64,000 nt of DNA, from the NCBI GenBank assembly GCA_963748165.1, contig CAVVIM010000004.1, positions 1,318 to 65,317 on the forward strand. The letters are read 5' to 3'. The stretch comes from an uncultured Alphaproteobacteria bacterium (GTDB lineage: Bacteria > Pseudomonadota > Alphaproteobacteria > Rhizobiales > Xanthobacteraceae). Under the pieces are notes generated by a model, which did not search any database, was not told where the DNA came from, and was given only the letters and a program-made list of their open reading frames with translations. Positions 29,932 to 38,549 of this stretch are shown here, in pieces. Each line of letters opens with the position of its first letter. Position 1 is the stretch's first letter. Made by a program: the position numbers and the translations under genes.

Positions 29932-31851
29932 ATGAGAGCCTTGAAAATCATCGGGACCGCCACCGCTGCCGTGATTGTCGTGATCGGACTGCTGCTGGTG
30001 ATCGGGATTCCCTTCAACTTCCTGACCTCGACCATCCAGGCGCGGGTCGAGCAACAGACCGGCTATCGGCTGGCGGTCGGGGGCAACACCCGCATCGGGG
30101 TCTGGCCGTCGCTCAACGTGACCCTGAACGACGTCACGCTGCAGGACCCGAAAGACCGCGGCAGCAGCGATCGCCTGACCGTGACCCGGGTCCAGGCCGA
30201 CATCACCCTGAAGAGCCTGTGGTCGGGGCAGCCCGAGATCACCGAACTCGCCATCGTCCGCCCGATCCTGAACGTGCCGTTGCGGCGCGAACGCAGCGCG
30301 CAGCCTTTGCCGTCCTCGCAGCCCGCGGCGTCCACCGGCGACAGCGACGCCCCGGCATTCTCGATCGATCGCGTCACGGTGAGCGACGGCACCATGGTGT
30401 TTTCCAATCTGCGCGACCGCGTCGAGAATCGCATCGAGGGCATCGGTGCCACCGCCGTGATCGCGGCCGACCGCGCCATCGCGATCACCGGTCATGCCCG
30501 CGCCGGCGGGCAGCCGCTGACGGTCGAGATCAAGGCGGTGGCGCCGCCTCCGCCACTGGGGCGGCAGAACATTCCGGTCGACCTCAGGTTCGAGGCGCCC
30601 GGCGTGCTGCCAAGCCCGCTGTCGGCCAAGGCCGAGCTGCGGCTCAACGGTGCGGTGGTGATGATCAACGGCCTTAGCGGCGCGCTTGGCGACGGGGCGT
30701 TCAACGGCTGGGCCTCGGTCGATATCGCGAGCAAGCCGCTGGTGAAGCTCGACCTCGATTTCCAGCGCCTGGAGCTCGCCTTGGCGGGGGATCGTCCGGC
30801 GCCGGCGGCATCGCAGCCCTGGAGCAATGCACCGTTCGACTTCACCGGACTGAATTATGTCGACGCCCAGGCCAGGATCTCCGCGGCCGAGCTGATTGTC
30901 GGCGACGAGCATTTCGCGCCGGCCGAGATCGAGGCGACGCTGGCCGGGGGCATTGTCAAACTCGGCGTTGCCAATCTCGGCGCCTATGGCGGTCAGGCCA
31001 GCGGCGAGCTCGTCATCGACGCCTCGGCGGCCAGCCCCGCTTACGCGCTGCACAGCGACTTCGCCGGGGTGCGCGCGCTGCCGCTGCTGCAGAGCGCCGC
31101 TGGCTTCGACAAGCTCGACGGCAAGTTGCAGGCGAAACTGACGCTGCATGCCGCCGGCGCCAGCCCGCATGCCATCATGTCGAGCCTCGACGGCACCGTG
31201 TTCGCGGTGTTGCAGGATGGCGCGGTGCGCGGCCTCAACGTCGCCCAGATGATCCGCTCGCTCACTTCCAGCACGCTGTCGGGATGGCAGGAGGGCAAGA
31301 AGCAGGCCACCGATCTGAGCCAGCTCGGCGCCTCGTTCCGGGTCGACAAGGGCCAGGCGGTGACCAACGATCTCAACCTGGTCGGCCCGCTGGTGCGGGT
31401 GACCGGCGCCGGCACGGTCGACCTGGCCGGCAAGGCGCTGGCGTTCCGGGTCGAGCCCAAGCTCGTCATGACCACCGAGGGCCAGGGCCGCGCCGCCGAC
31501 CCGGTCGGGCTCGGCATCCCCGTGGTGATCGACGGCCCCTGGGACCAGCCGCGGATCTATCCCGACATGGCCGGCATGCTGGACAATCCCGATGCCGCCT
31601 ATGCCAAGCTCAAGGAAATGGGCACCGGCCTGTTCGGCGCCAATGCCGCGCTCGGCGGCCTGGGCGGCAGCGCGACCGGCGGCGCCGGTACGTCCGACGC
31701 CCTCGGCGGCAAGCTCGGCGAGACCCTCGGCAACCTGCTGCAGCAGGGCATCGGCCGCAGCCGCGATGTCTCGACGACGACGCCCGGCGCGCCGCCGTCC
31801 CCCCGGTCCAGCCCGATCCCAATGCGGCGGCGCCGGAAAGCCAGCCGATGA
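29932..31851 (+). CDS. AsmA family protein
   Basis: N-terminal anchor MRALKIIGTATAAVIVVIGLLLVIG, an AsmA-like beta-rich body, and a C-terminal AsmA_2-like region (FRVDKGQAVTNDLNLVGPLVRVTGAGTVDL). The last ~15 codons look off-frame, and an alternative frame ends ...QPMNDVLRQLFNR at 31883 (see findings). Confidence 0.85.
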   Translation: MRALKIIGTATAAVIVVIGLLLVIGIPFNFLTSTIQARVEQQTGYRLAVGGNTRIGVWPSLNVTLNDVTLQDPKDRGSSDRLTVTRVQADITLKSLWSGQPEITELAIVRPILNVPLRRERSAQPLPSSQPAASTGDSDAPAFSIDRVTVSDGTMVFSNLRDRVENRIEGIGATAVIAADRAIAITGHARAGGQPLTVEIKAVAPPPPLGRQNIPVDLRFEAPGVLPSPLSAKAELRLNGAVVMINGLSGALGDGAFNGWASVDIASKPLVKLDLDFQRLELALAGDRPAPAASQPWSNAPFDFTGLNYVDAQARISAAELIVGDEHFAPAEIEATLAGGIVKLGVANLGAYGGQASGELVIDASAASPAYALHSDFAGVRALPLLQSAAGFDKLDGKLQAKLTLHAAGASPHAIMSSLDGTVFAVLQDGAVRGLNVAQMIRSLTSSTLSGWQEGKKQATDLSQLGASFRVDKGQAVTNDLNLVGPLVRVTGAGTVDLAGKALAFRVEPKLVMTTEGQGRAADPVGLGIPVVIDGPWDQPRIYPDMAGMLDNPDAAYAKLKEMGTGLFGANAALGGLGGSATGGAGTSDALGGKLGETLGNLLQQGIGRSRDVSTTTPGAPPSPRSSPIPMRRRRKASR

Positions 31852-31890
31852 ATGACGTGCTGCGGCAATTGTTCAACCGCTGACGCCGTT

Positions 31891-31950
31891 GCCCCCACCC
31901 CCAACCCCTCCCCGCGCCCTCCCCCCTTGCGGGAGGGTCGGGGTGGGGGG
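31891..31950. repeat. GC-rich stem-loop element (CCCCCACCCCCAACCCCTCCCC...CCCTCCCCCCTTGCGGGAGGGTCGGGGTGGGGGG)
   Basis: A long imperfect palindrome directly after the AsmA gene with no T tract. It resembles the poly-C/poly-G REP-type hairpins common in rhizobial intergenic DNA. Confidence 0.6.
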
Positions 31951-32094
31951 TGCCGCACGCGATATCTCTGCCATCGGCAGCGCGGCTAACCACGCCGGCA
32001 GGCGCCCGGGCCAAGCCCGCTCGATTTGTGCTACAGAGGCCACGGCTGAGACGACCATGGCTGCCGCCGTCCGGCGGTGCTTCCGAGGGTTTGG

Positions 32095-34554
32095 ATGATC
32101 GGGGTCAGGGATAAAATCCGGCGTCTGGGCGAGGGCCTGTTTGCCAAATACGTCCTCGCGCTGGTCGGCCTTGTGGTGTTCGTGCTGGCCGTCAACGGCG
32201 CGATCGAGACCTTTATCAGCTACCGCGCCACCAAGACCACGCTGACCGATGCGATGTCGGAAAAGGCCGAGGCGACGGCGCGGCGGATCGAGCAATCGGT
32301 CAGCGATCTCGGCCGGCAGATCAGTTGGGTGACCCGCGCCAGCGCCCAGACCCTGGAGCAGCACCGGGCCGACTACACGCAACTGCTGAACCAGGTGCCG
32401 GCGGTCAGCCAGCTCCGGCTCTTGAACGGCAGCGGCCGCGAGCAGCTCCGGCTGTCGCGCACCACGATCACGGTAAATGACGGCAGCGATTTTTCCCGCG
32501 ACCCGCGCTTTACCGAAACCGTGATCCGGGGCGTCAGCTACGCGCCGGCCTATTTCACGGATTCGCAACCCCTGATGTCGATCGCGGTGTCGCAGTCGGG
32601 CTTCAACGCCGGCGTGACCATCGCCGACATCGACCTCAGCTTCCTGAGCGATTTCCTCGGCGACACCCAGGTCGGCAAGGCCACCTTCGCCTATGTGGTC
32701 GACGGGCGCGGCCAGGTGCTGGCGACCTCGTCGAAGGGCCCGCAGATCGGCAAGAGCCTGTCGGCGCTGCCGCAGGTCGCCGCGGTGCTGGCGCCGAACG
32801 GCCAGCCCCAGGCGTCGGGCCGCAACGCCGACGGCGATGCGGTGCTGACCGCGGCGAGCGAAGTGCCGAAGCTCGGCTGGTACGTGTTCTTCGAGCAGCC
32901 GACCGCGCAGGCGCTGGCGCCGATCCGTGACCAGGTGCTGCGGGTGGCGCTGTTGATCGCGCTCGGTCTCGTGGTGGCGATCCTCGCCGGTTCGCTGCTG
33001 GCGCGGCGGATGCTGATCCCGATCACCGCGCTGCGCACCGGCGCGCGGCGGCTCGGCGCCGGCGAGTTCAGCCACCGCATCGACGTCCGCACCGCCGACG
33101 AACTGCAGGAGCTGGCCGACCAGTTCAACAGCATGGCCGGCCAGTTGCAGGAAACCTATTCCGGGCTCGAATCCAAGGTGCAGGAGCGGACCCGCGACCT
33201 CGCGCAGTCGATCAACGAGCTCAAGGTGCTGGAGGAAGTCGGGCGCGCGGTCGCCTCCTCGCTCGATCTCAACGCGGTGCTGCCGACGGTGGCGGCCCGC
33301 GCGCTCGAAATCACCCATGCCGATGCGGTGCTGATCTACGGCTATGACGCCGCCCGGCAGCAGTTCAACCTGACCGAGGCGATCGGCATCGACCGCGGCG
33401 CCGAAGGCCAGCATCTGGTGATCGACCGCGATTCCAGCGTGCTCGGCGAGGCCGCGACCAAGGGCGAGCCGATCGCGATCCCGGAGCTTGCCGCCACCGC
33501 CGACCATTTGCTGCGCGACGCCGCGGTCGGCGCCGGCTTTCATTCGGTGCTGGTGGTGCCGCTGGTCGACCAGCAGGGCATTCTGGGCTCGCTGGTGGTG
33601 CTGCGGCGCAGCACCGGCGCCTTCTCGCCGAACCTGATCGGCTTGATGCGGACCTTTGCGCATCAATCGGCGCTGGCGATGCGCAACGCCCGGCTGTTCA
33701 CCGAGGTCGACCAGAAGGGCCGCGAACTGGCGTCGGCGCACAGCACGGTGCAGCAGCAGGCCGGCAAGCTGCAGGAACAGACCGACCAGCTCCTGAACTG
33801 GAACCGGTCGCTGGAGGAACGGGTCGAGAAGCAGCTCGCGGAAATCGAGCGCATCCGCAGGCTCGAGCGCTTCCTCGCGCCGCAGGTGGCGCAACTGATC
33901 GCCTCCTCCGACGGCCACGATGCGCTGCTCGACAGCCACCGCCGCGAGGTCACCGTGGTGTTCTGCGACCTGCGTGGCTTCACCGCCTTCACCGAGAGCA
34001 CCGAGCCCGAAGAGGCGATGAATGTGCTGCGCGAATATCACGCCGCGCTCGGCGAACTGATCTTCCGCTACGAGGGCACGCTCGACCGCTATGCCGGCGA
34101 CGGCGTCATGATCCTGTTCAACGCGCCGATCCAGTTTGCCGATCACACCAGGCGCGCGGTCAAGATGGCGGTGGAAATGCGCGACACCATCGGGCTTCTG
34201 ACCGAGAAGTGGCGCAACCGCGGCCACAGCCTCGGCTTCGGCGTCGGCGTCGCGCTCGGCTATGCCACGCTCGGCCAGATCGGTTTCGAGCAGCGGCTGG
34301 AATATGCCGCGATCGGCAGCGTCACCAACCTCGCCTCGCGGCTGTGCGACGAAGCCAAGGCGAACCAGATCGTGGTCGGCCGCCGCGTCTACGGCATGGT
34401 CGAGCAATGGGTCGAGGGCCGCGCGATCGACGATCTGCATCTCAAGGGCTTCAACCATCCGATCCTCGCCGCCGAGATCCTGCGCTGGCGCGAGGACGCC
34501 GACATCGTCGACATCGCCGCCACCCCCGCCCGCCGCCGCCAGCGCCCGTCGTGA
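32095..34554 (+). CDS. membrane sensor class III adenylate/guanylate cyclase (Cache-like periplasmic domain, HAMP, GAF, coiled coil, cyclase)
   Basis: Two TM segments flank a ~250-aa periplasmic region. HAMP: ITALRTGARRLGAGEFSHRIDVRTADELQELADQFNSMAGQL. A GAF-like segment follows. Cyclase core: REVTVVFCDLRGFTAF...GTLDRYAGDGVMILFNAP...LGFGVGVALGYATLGQIG...YAAIGSVTNLASRL. Start is ATG 32095 or GTG 32077. Confidence 0.9.
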   Translation: MIGVRDKIRRLGEGLFAKYVLALVGLVVFVLAVNGAIETFISYRATKTTLTDAMSEKAEATARRIEQSVSDLGRQISWVTRASAQTLEQHRADYTQLLNQVPAVSQLRLLNGSGREQLRLSRTTITVNDGSDFSRDPRFTETVIRGVSYAPAYFTDSQPLMSIAVSQSGFNAGVTIADIDLSFLSDFLGDTQVGKATFAYVVDGRGQVLATSSKGPQIGKSLSALPQVAAVLAPNGQPQASGRNADGDAVLTAASEVPKLGWYVFFEQPTAQALAPIRDQVLRVALLIALGLVVAILAGSLLARRMLIPITALRTGARRLGAGEFSHRIDVRTADELQELADQFNSMAGQLQETYSGLESKVQERTRDLAQSINELKVLEEVGRAVASSLDLNAVLPTVAARALEITHADAVLIYGYDAARQQFNLTEAIGIDRGAEGQHLVIDRDSSVLGEAATKGEPIAIPELAATADHLLRDAAVGAGFHSVLVVPLVDQQGILGSLVVLRRSTGAFSPNLIGLMRTFAHQSALAMRNARLFTEVDQKGRELASAHSTVQQQAGKLQEQTDQLLNWNRSLEERVEKQLAEIERIRRLERFLAPQVAQLIASSDGHDALLDSHRREVTVVFCDLRGFTAFTESTEPEEAMNVLREYHAALGELIFRYEGTLDRYAGDGVMILFNAPIQFADHTRRAVKMAVEMRDTIGLLTEKWRNRGHSLGFGVGVALGYATLGQIGFEQRLEYAAIGSVTNLASRLCDEAKANQIVVGRRVYGMVEQWVEGRAIDDLHLKGFNHPILAAEILRWREDADIVDIAATPARRRQRPS

Positions 34555-34560
34555 CGCCTC

Positions 34561-34677
34561 CGTCATTCCGGGGCGATGCGGAGCAACCCATCCTTTGTCA
34601 TTCCGGGGCGATGCGAAAGCATCGAACCCGGAATCTCGAGATTCCGGGTTCGTGCTTCGCACGCCGCGGAATGACGG
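34561..34677. repeat. REP family A copy 3 (one partial arm plus one complete palindrome)
   Basis: CGTCATTCCGGGGCGATGCGGAGC...GTCATTCCGGGGCGATGCGAAAGCATCGAACCCGGAATCTCGAGATTCCGGGTTCGTGCTTCGCACGCCGCGGAATGACGG. It lies between convergent genes. Confidence 0.88.
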
Positions 34678-34680
34678 GCG

Positions 34681-35448
34681 TCACGGTTTGTCCTGCTGGG
34701 TGTTGATGGCACGGAGCGCCAGCGGGATGCGGAAGATCCGGTATCCCGCGATGTCGGGAAACGAGCCCGCCGCTTCCGCCGATACCAGGGTGAGCACTGC
34801 GGCCGGGACGTCGCCGCCGATCAGCCGGTCGACCGGCTTTGCCTCGCTATCGCTCAACAGCACCCGTGCCGCTCCCGCGGCCACCATCGCGATCCAGACC
34901 TTGTTCCTGGACGCGACCTGCCGTTGGTCGATCGCCACGGTCCTTCCGCTGAGATCGGCGATCGACTTGATCTCCGGACGCGCCAGGATCAGGGCGACCC
35001 GGGAGTCGGGTTCGCCGGGCAACGCGGCGACGCCCGGCGCCGCCGCGATGCGCTCGGCGACTGCCGTCGCGGCCTCGACCTGTTGTTGGATCGTGAGGGT
35101 CTTGGGGCTCGCGACGGCGCCGCCTCCGGAATGTGAGTCCGCGATTGCCGCGCGCGCCGAACCGGCGGCGACGTTGCGTGCGGGCGGCAAGGGTGTCTTC
35201 GATGAACCGGACGAGGGCCGATGGCGAGCCGACGACGCCCTTTTGATCTTTGCCGCGGTGCCGGCGTGAATTTTCGCGCTCACGGATGGGGTCTTGAGCG
35301 GAGCCGGCTCCGCTTCGACCGGCCGAGCGGCAGCCGTCTCGGAACAGGCCACCCGGTCCGCATCCGAGACCAGGTTCGCGTGCGGCGGCATGCGGTTGCT
35401 GCAGCCGGCCATGGTCACGGCCAGCGCGCCGATGATAAGCGTTCTCAT
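34681..35448 (-). CDS. hypothetical lipoprotein
   Basis: Lipobox MRTLIIGALAVTMAG|C. AGAGGA precedes the ATG. It has an Ala/Pro/Ser-rich linker and then a ~120-aa globular C-terminal part. No family was recognised. Confidence 0.65.
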   Translation of the reverse strand: MRTLIIGALAVTMAGCSNRMPPHANLVSDADRVACSETAAARPVEAEPAPLKTPSVSAKIHAGTAAKIKRASSARHRPSSGSSKTPLPPARNVAAGSARAAIADSHSGGGAVASPKTLTIQQQVEAATAVAERIAAAPGVAALPGEPDSRVALILARPEIKSIADLSGRTVAIDQRQVASRNKVWIAMVAAGAARVLLSDSEAKPVDRLIGGDVPAAVLTLVSAEAAGSFPDIAGYRIFRIPLALRAINTQQDKP

Positions 35449-35902
35449 GCAATCCTCTGTGGAGGCTTGAGTTCCGCTGGCAATTCTTGCCGCGTCATCC
35501 TGTTTCGCGCTGGGTCCGCTATCTCTTGTGCAAAATTATTAAACGCCCATTAAGCGTCCGGGCTTTGCGGCGCGAAGCAAGTGCATGGTTAAGATCGTCG
35601 CAACGCCGCTGGCGTCGTCATGCGCGTCACCACGCACGGCGGCGCCATCTCGCGGCGCGATGCGCCGGAGTCGCTGACCAATTCCTTCGCCTCGAACCAA
35701 ACAGAGGGCGCAGGAGAGAGCACACGACTTCGCCGTCCGCGAGCTCGGCCAGGGGCGGTCTCAGCACGACTTTGCCGGCGCTGGAATGCAGTTCCATATC
35801 GGTATAGAGCATTGCTGGATCACAGCGATAACTTCGACACGTCGGGATGATATCGCGCCTGAAGCCCGTTTCCGATAGACCCGTACAATTCCAGGAACGA
35901 AC

Positions 35903-36103
35903 ATGAGCAACGACAATTCGTCCTCGCTTCCCGAACTCAACGACCGCATCGCGGTACTTCGGGACAATATCCGACAGTTGGTAGAACAAGCGGCTGCATC
36001 TTCGGGCGCGCAGGATGAAGAGCGAACCTCCGAGCGGATTGCCCAGCAGCAGCAGGAACTCGAAAAGCTGGTCGAACAGCGTGACGCCATGTTGAAAAAA
36101 TAG
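35903..36103 (+). CDS. small coiled-coil hypothetical protein (66 aa)
   Basis: ATG preceded by AGGAA. The composition is non-GC-biased (LPELNDRIAVLRDNIRQLVEQAA...QQQQELEKLVEQRDAMLKK). No family was recognised. Confidence 0.5.
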   Translation: MSNDNSSSLPELNDRIAVLRDNIRQLVEQAAASSGAQDEERTSERIAQQQQELEKLVEQRDAMLKK

Positions 36104-36243
36104 CGGCGAGGCGCGGAGCAGATTTTTGCGCGCGGGCAATCCTGCGGGAAATCGGCAGCAGGTGCCGACTTCGATCGCTCCTCCCGCTTGGCCCGCCACC
36201 TGCCCTTCTGCTATCGATAGCCCATCAAAGAGATGGAATCCCG

Positions 36244-37146
36244 ATGCCCACCCACCCCGCGCGCAGGCCTTCACGGCGACTGCCCCTCTTTCTCGCCGCG
36301 ACCCTGTTCTGCCTCGCCTCGCATCACGCCCTCGCCGCCGACGATGCCATGGACGCGGCGCGCAAGGGTGCCGCGGTCTCGGTGCTGAAGGCCACAAAAT
36401 CCTGCTTTGACGCCATTGTCGAAGTCTCCGGCATTGTGCGGCCGCGGGAGGAGACGTTTGTGCGGCCGGAGCGGCAGGGGCTCAAGGTGACGGACATCCT
36501 GGCCGACGCCGGCGATGCCGTGACGCCGGGGCAGACGCTGGCGCGGCTGGCGCTGCCGGAAGGTGGCGTGGTGCAGGTGCAGGCCCCGGTGGCCGGGCTG
36601 ATTTCCGTCTCCACCGCCACGATCGGCGCGGTGGCCTCGGCCAAGGGCGAGGCGCTGTTCACCATCATCGCGCGCAGCGAATTCGACCTGATCGGCCTGG
36701 TGCCGACCCGCGACCTGCCCAAGCTGAAGGTAGGGCAGCCGGCCAAGATCCGGATCATCGGCGCCACCCTGCTCGACGGCAGGGTGACCCGGGTGGCGCC
36801 GACCGTCGAGCCCAACAGCCAGCTCGGCCAGGCCACGATCGCGGTGACCTCGAGCCAGCGGCTGCTGGTCAATTCGTCGGCGCGGGCACTGATCAAGACC
36901 GGCCAGAGCTGCGGCAATGTCGGGGTGCCGCTCACCGCCGTGCTCTATGGCAGCGCCGGCACCATCGTGCAGGTGGTGAAGCGCGACCGGATCGAGACCA
37001 GGCGGGTCGAGGTCGGATTGATGTCGGGCGGCCAGGTCGAAATCCGCGACGGCCTTTCCGAAGGCGACGTCGTGGTGGCGCGGGCCGGCGCGCTATTGCG
37101 CGAAGGCGATCCGGTGCGGCCGGTCACCAGCGCCGACGCGAAATAG
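36244..37146 (+). CDS. short HlyD/MFP-type adaptor paralog with signal peptide; no cognate pump gene adjacent
   Basis: Aligns along its full length with 24965..25885 (VLKATKSCFDAIVEVSGIVRPREE...KVTDILADAGDAVTPGQTLARL...APVAGLISVSTATIG...GRVTRVAPTVEPNSQLGQATI...). Signal peptide ...SHHALA|AD. Confidence 0.8.
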   Translation: MPTHPARRPSRRLPLFLAATLFCLASHHALAADDAMDAARKGAAVSVLKATKSCFDAIVEVSGIVRPREETFVRPERQGLKVTDILADAGDAVTPGQTLARLALPEGGVVQVQAPVAGLISVSTATIGAVASAKGEALFTIIARSEFDLIGLVPTRDLPKLKVGQPAKIRIIGATLLDGRVTRVAPTVEPNSQLGQATIAVTSSQRLLVNSSARALIKTGQSCGNVGVPLTAVLYGSAGTIVQVVKRDRIETRRVEVGLMSGGQVEIRDGLSEGDVVVARAGALLREGDPVRPVTSADAK

Positions 37147-37175
37147 CGGGGTTGCGGGGCCGGATCGGCCTCGTG

Positions 37176-37270
37176 GTTCGAGACGCGCGGCGTTGCCGCG
37201 CTCCTCACCATGAGGGTTTGGCACGGACCTCATCCTGAGGAGGCGCGAAGCGCCGTCTCGAAGGATGAAG
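37176..37270. repeat. REP family D (nested palindrome TTCGAGACGCGC...CTCCTCACCATGAGG...CCTCATCCTGAGGAGG...GCGCCGTCTCGAAGGATGAAG)
   Basis: Single copy in this window, between convergent genes. The outer arms TTCGAGACGCGC / GCGCCGTCTCGAA and the inner arms CTCCTCA / TGAGGAG are both visible. Confidence 0.7.
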
Positions 37271-37280
37271 CTGCGGCCGG

Positions 37281-38138
37281 CTAGCCGCCGGCCTTGTCGT
37301 CGGATCCGAGCTGGACGTCGTCGAGCAGCGACGAGGATACCGACGGCACCTGTTCGCCCTCGGAGGCGCGGGCGACGACGCCGCGGGTCTTGTTGAAGGC
37401 GGCCTCGGCACCGGCGCGGGAATTGAGGTTGTTGAGCAGCTCGGCCACCAGCACGCTGTACTGGCCGCTGGAATCGTCGACCACCTTGCCCGGCGTCGCC
37501 GACGACAGGATCAGCGTGTTGTCGGGCGCGTCGATCGGGGCGAGGCCGTGGGAAAAGGTGCGGAAGCGGCGCTCATAGGGATTGCGCCGCGACGCGTCGA
37601 TGACGACGAGCTTGGCGCGGGCGCCGCGCTCGGTCATGACGTCAAGCACCTGCTCGACGCTGATCCCGTCGCGGCGGACGTCGGCGGCCTTCCAGATCGT
37701 CGCATCGACCGGGATCATGTAGCTCTCGCGGCCGACCTGGACGCCATAGCCGCCGAAAAACAGCATCACCACGGAATTGGGCCGCACCTTCGATTGCAGC
37801 CGGGCGACCGCGCGGCGCATGTCGTCCTTGCTGGCATCCTCCACCACGTCGACGTCGAAACCGTCACGCCGCAGCGCCGCGCCCAGCGCCCTGGCGTCGT
37901 TGATCGGCTGGGTCAGCGGCGCACTGGCGTCGGGGTAGTGTCCGTTGCCGATCACCAGCGCCACCTTGGTGGCCTGGCTGGTGATGTCGCTGCCCTGCTC
38001 GGTGGCGATGGTCTTGGCCGCATCCAGTGCCCGCATGTTCAGCGCCGCGTGGGCGCCGATCGCCAGCGACAGCATGCCGACCAGCACCGCGGCCGCGGCC
38101 ACCGGTCGGCGAGAGATGCGAAGCTTCCAGACTTTCAT
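37281..38138 (-). CDS. secreted caspase-fold (peptidase C14-like) protein lacking the catalytic dyad; paralog of 22568..24019 without TPR
   Basis: Signal peptide ...LAIGAHA|A. Core VALVIGNGHYPDASAPLTQPINDARALGAALRRDGF...VVMLFFGGYGVQ...LVVIDASRRNPYERRF. Tyr replaces the His and Ser replaces the Cys, and the mature protein has no cysteine. ATG at 38138 after AGGAA. Confidence 0.85.
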   Translation of the reverse strand: MKVWKLRISRRPVAAAAVLVGMLSLAIGAHAALNMRALDAAKTIATEQGSDITSQATKVALVIGNGHYPDASAPLTQPINDARALGAALRRDGFDVDVVEDASKDDMRRAVARLQSKVRPNSVVMLFFGGYGVQVGRESYMIPVDATIWKAADVRRDGISVEQVLDVMTERGARAKLVVIDASRRNPYERRFRTFSHGLAPIDAPDNTLILSSATPGKVVDDSSGQYSVLVAELLNNLNSRAGAEAAFNKTRGVVARASEGEQVPSVSSSLLDDVQLGSDDKAGG

Positions 38139-38404
38139 CGCGGTTCGTTCCTGGCCGTCGTCATGGGCGCGCGAATTGGTCGCGCCAATGCCGTCGATGG
38201 TTTGAGGGGTTGCCGGTGGTGTGCCGCCCAATTGCGATCAATTTGCGGCACCGCAACAAACAACCCTTAACCCTCAACGCCCGGCCCGGCAACCTCATTC
38301 GCCGAATGCCGCCCTGCGGCGGATGCTTATGGTTTCCTGAATGATTACAAGCACTCGGCGCCGCAGCCGGGGCTTTACCATGGCACCAGCAAGCCGGGCC
38401 CCGC

Positions 38405-38420
38405 CGTGACCTGGGTCACA
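38405..38420. promoter_or_regulatory. CRP-like box cGTGA-CCTGGG-TCACA
   Basis: Matches TGTGA-N6-TCACA at 9 of 10 positions and is a perfect GTGACC/GGTCAC palindrome. A -10-like TATAGG lies at 38442-38447. It is 137 bp upstream of the ATG at 38550. Confidence 0.45.
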
Positions 38421-38549
38421 TTTGTGTTTCCCTTCTATTCGTATAGGTTTTCAAGGGCTTGCAGGCCGGCCGGAGGGACGGACGGCCGCCGCGGCGGGGT
38501 GGGACGGGGTGCTGCGCGGCCTTTTTGGGGACGCCCGGAAAGACATGGG

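Noticed and set aside
31873-34662. 929-aa minus-strand ORF opposite the sensor cyclase
   Set aside because: It is a shadow ORF. The plus strand carries HAMP, GAF and cyclase motifs, and the minus-strand product begins inside REP family A sequence.
35627-36397. 256-aa minus-strand ORF across the 35.6-36.4 kb region, including an MELHSSAGKVVLRPPLAELADGEVV-like start
   Set aside because: It overlaps the better-supported small plus-strand gene and the start of the adaptor paralog. The product is mostly Arg/Pro/Ala-rich. A short gene remnant cannot be excluded, but it is not supportable.
38381-38396. TGGCACCAGCAAGCC considered as a sigma54 (-24/-12) promoter
   Set aside because: The -12 element (TTGC) is missing at the required spacing, so only the GG-containing half matches.
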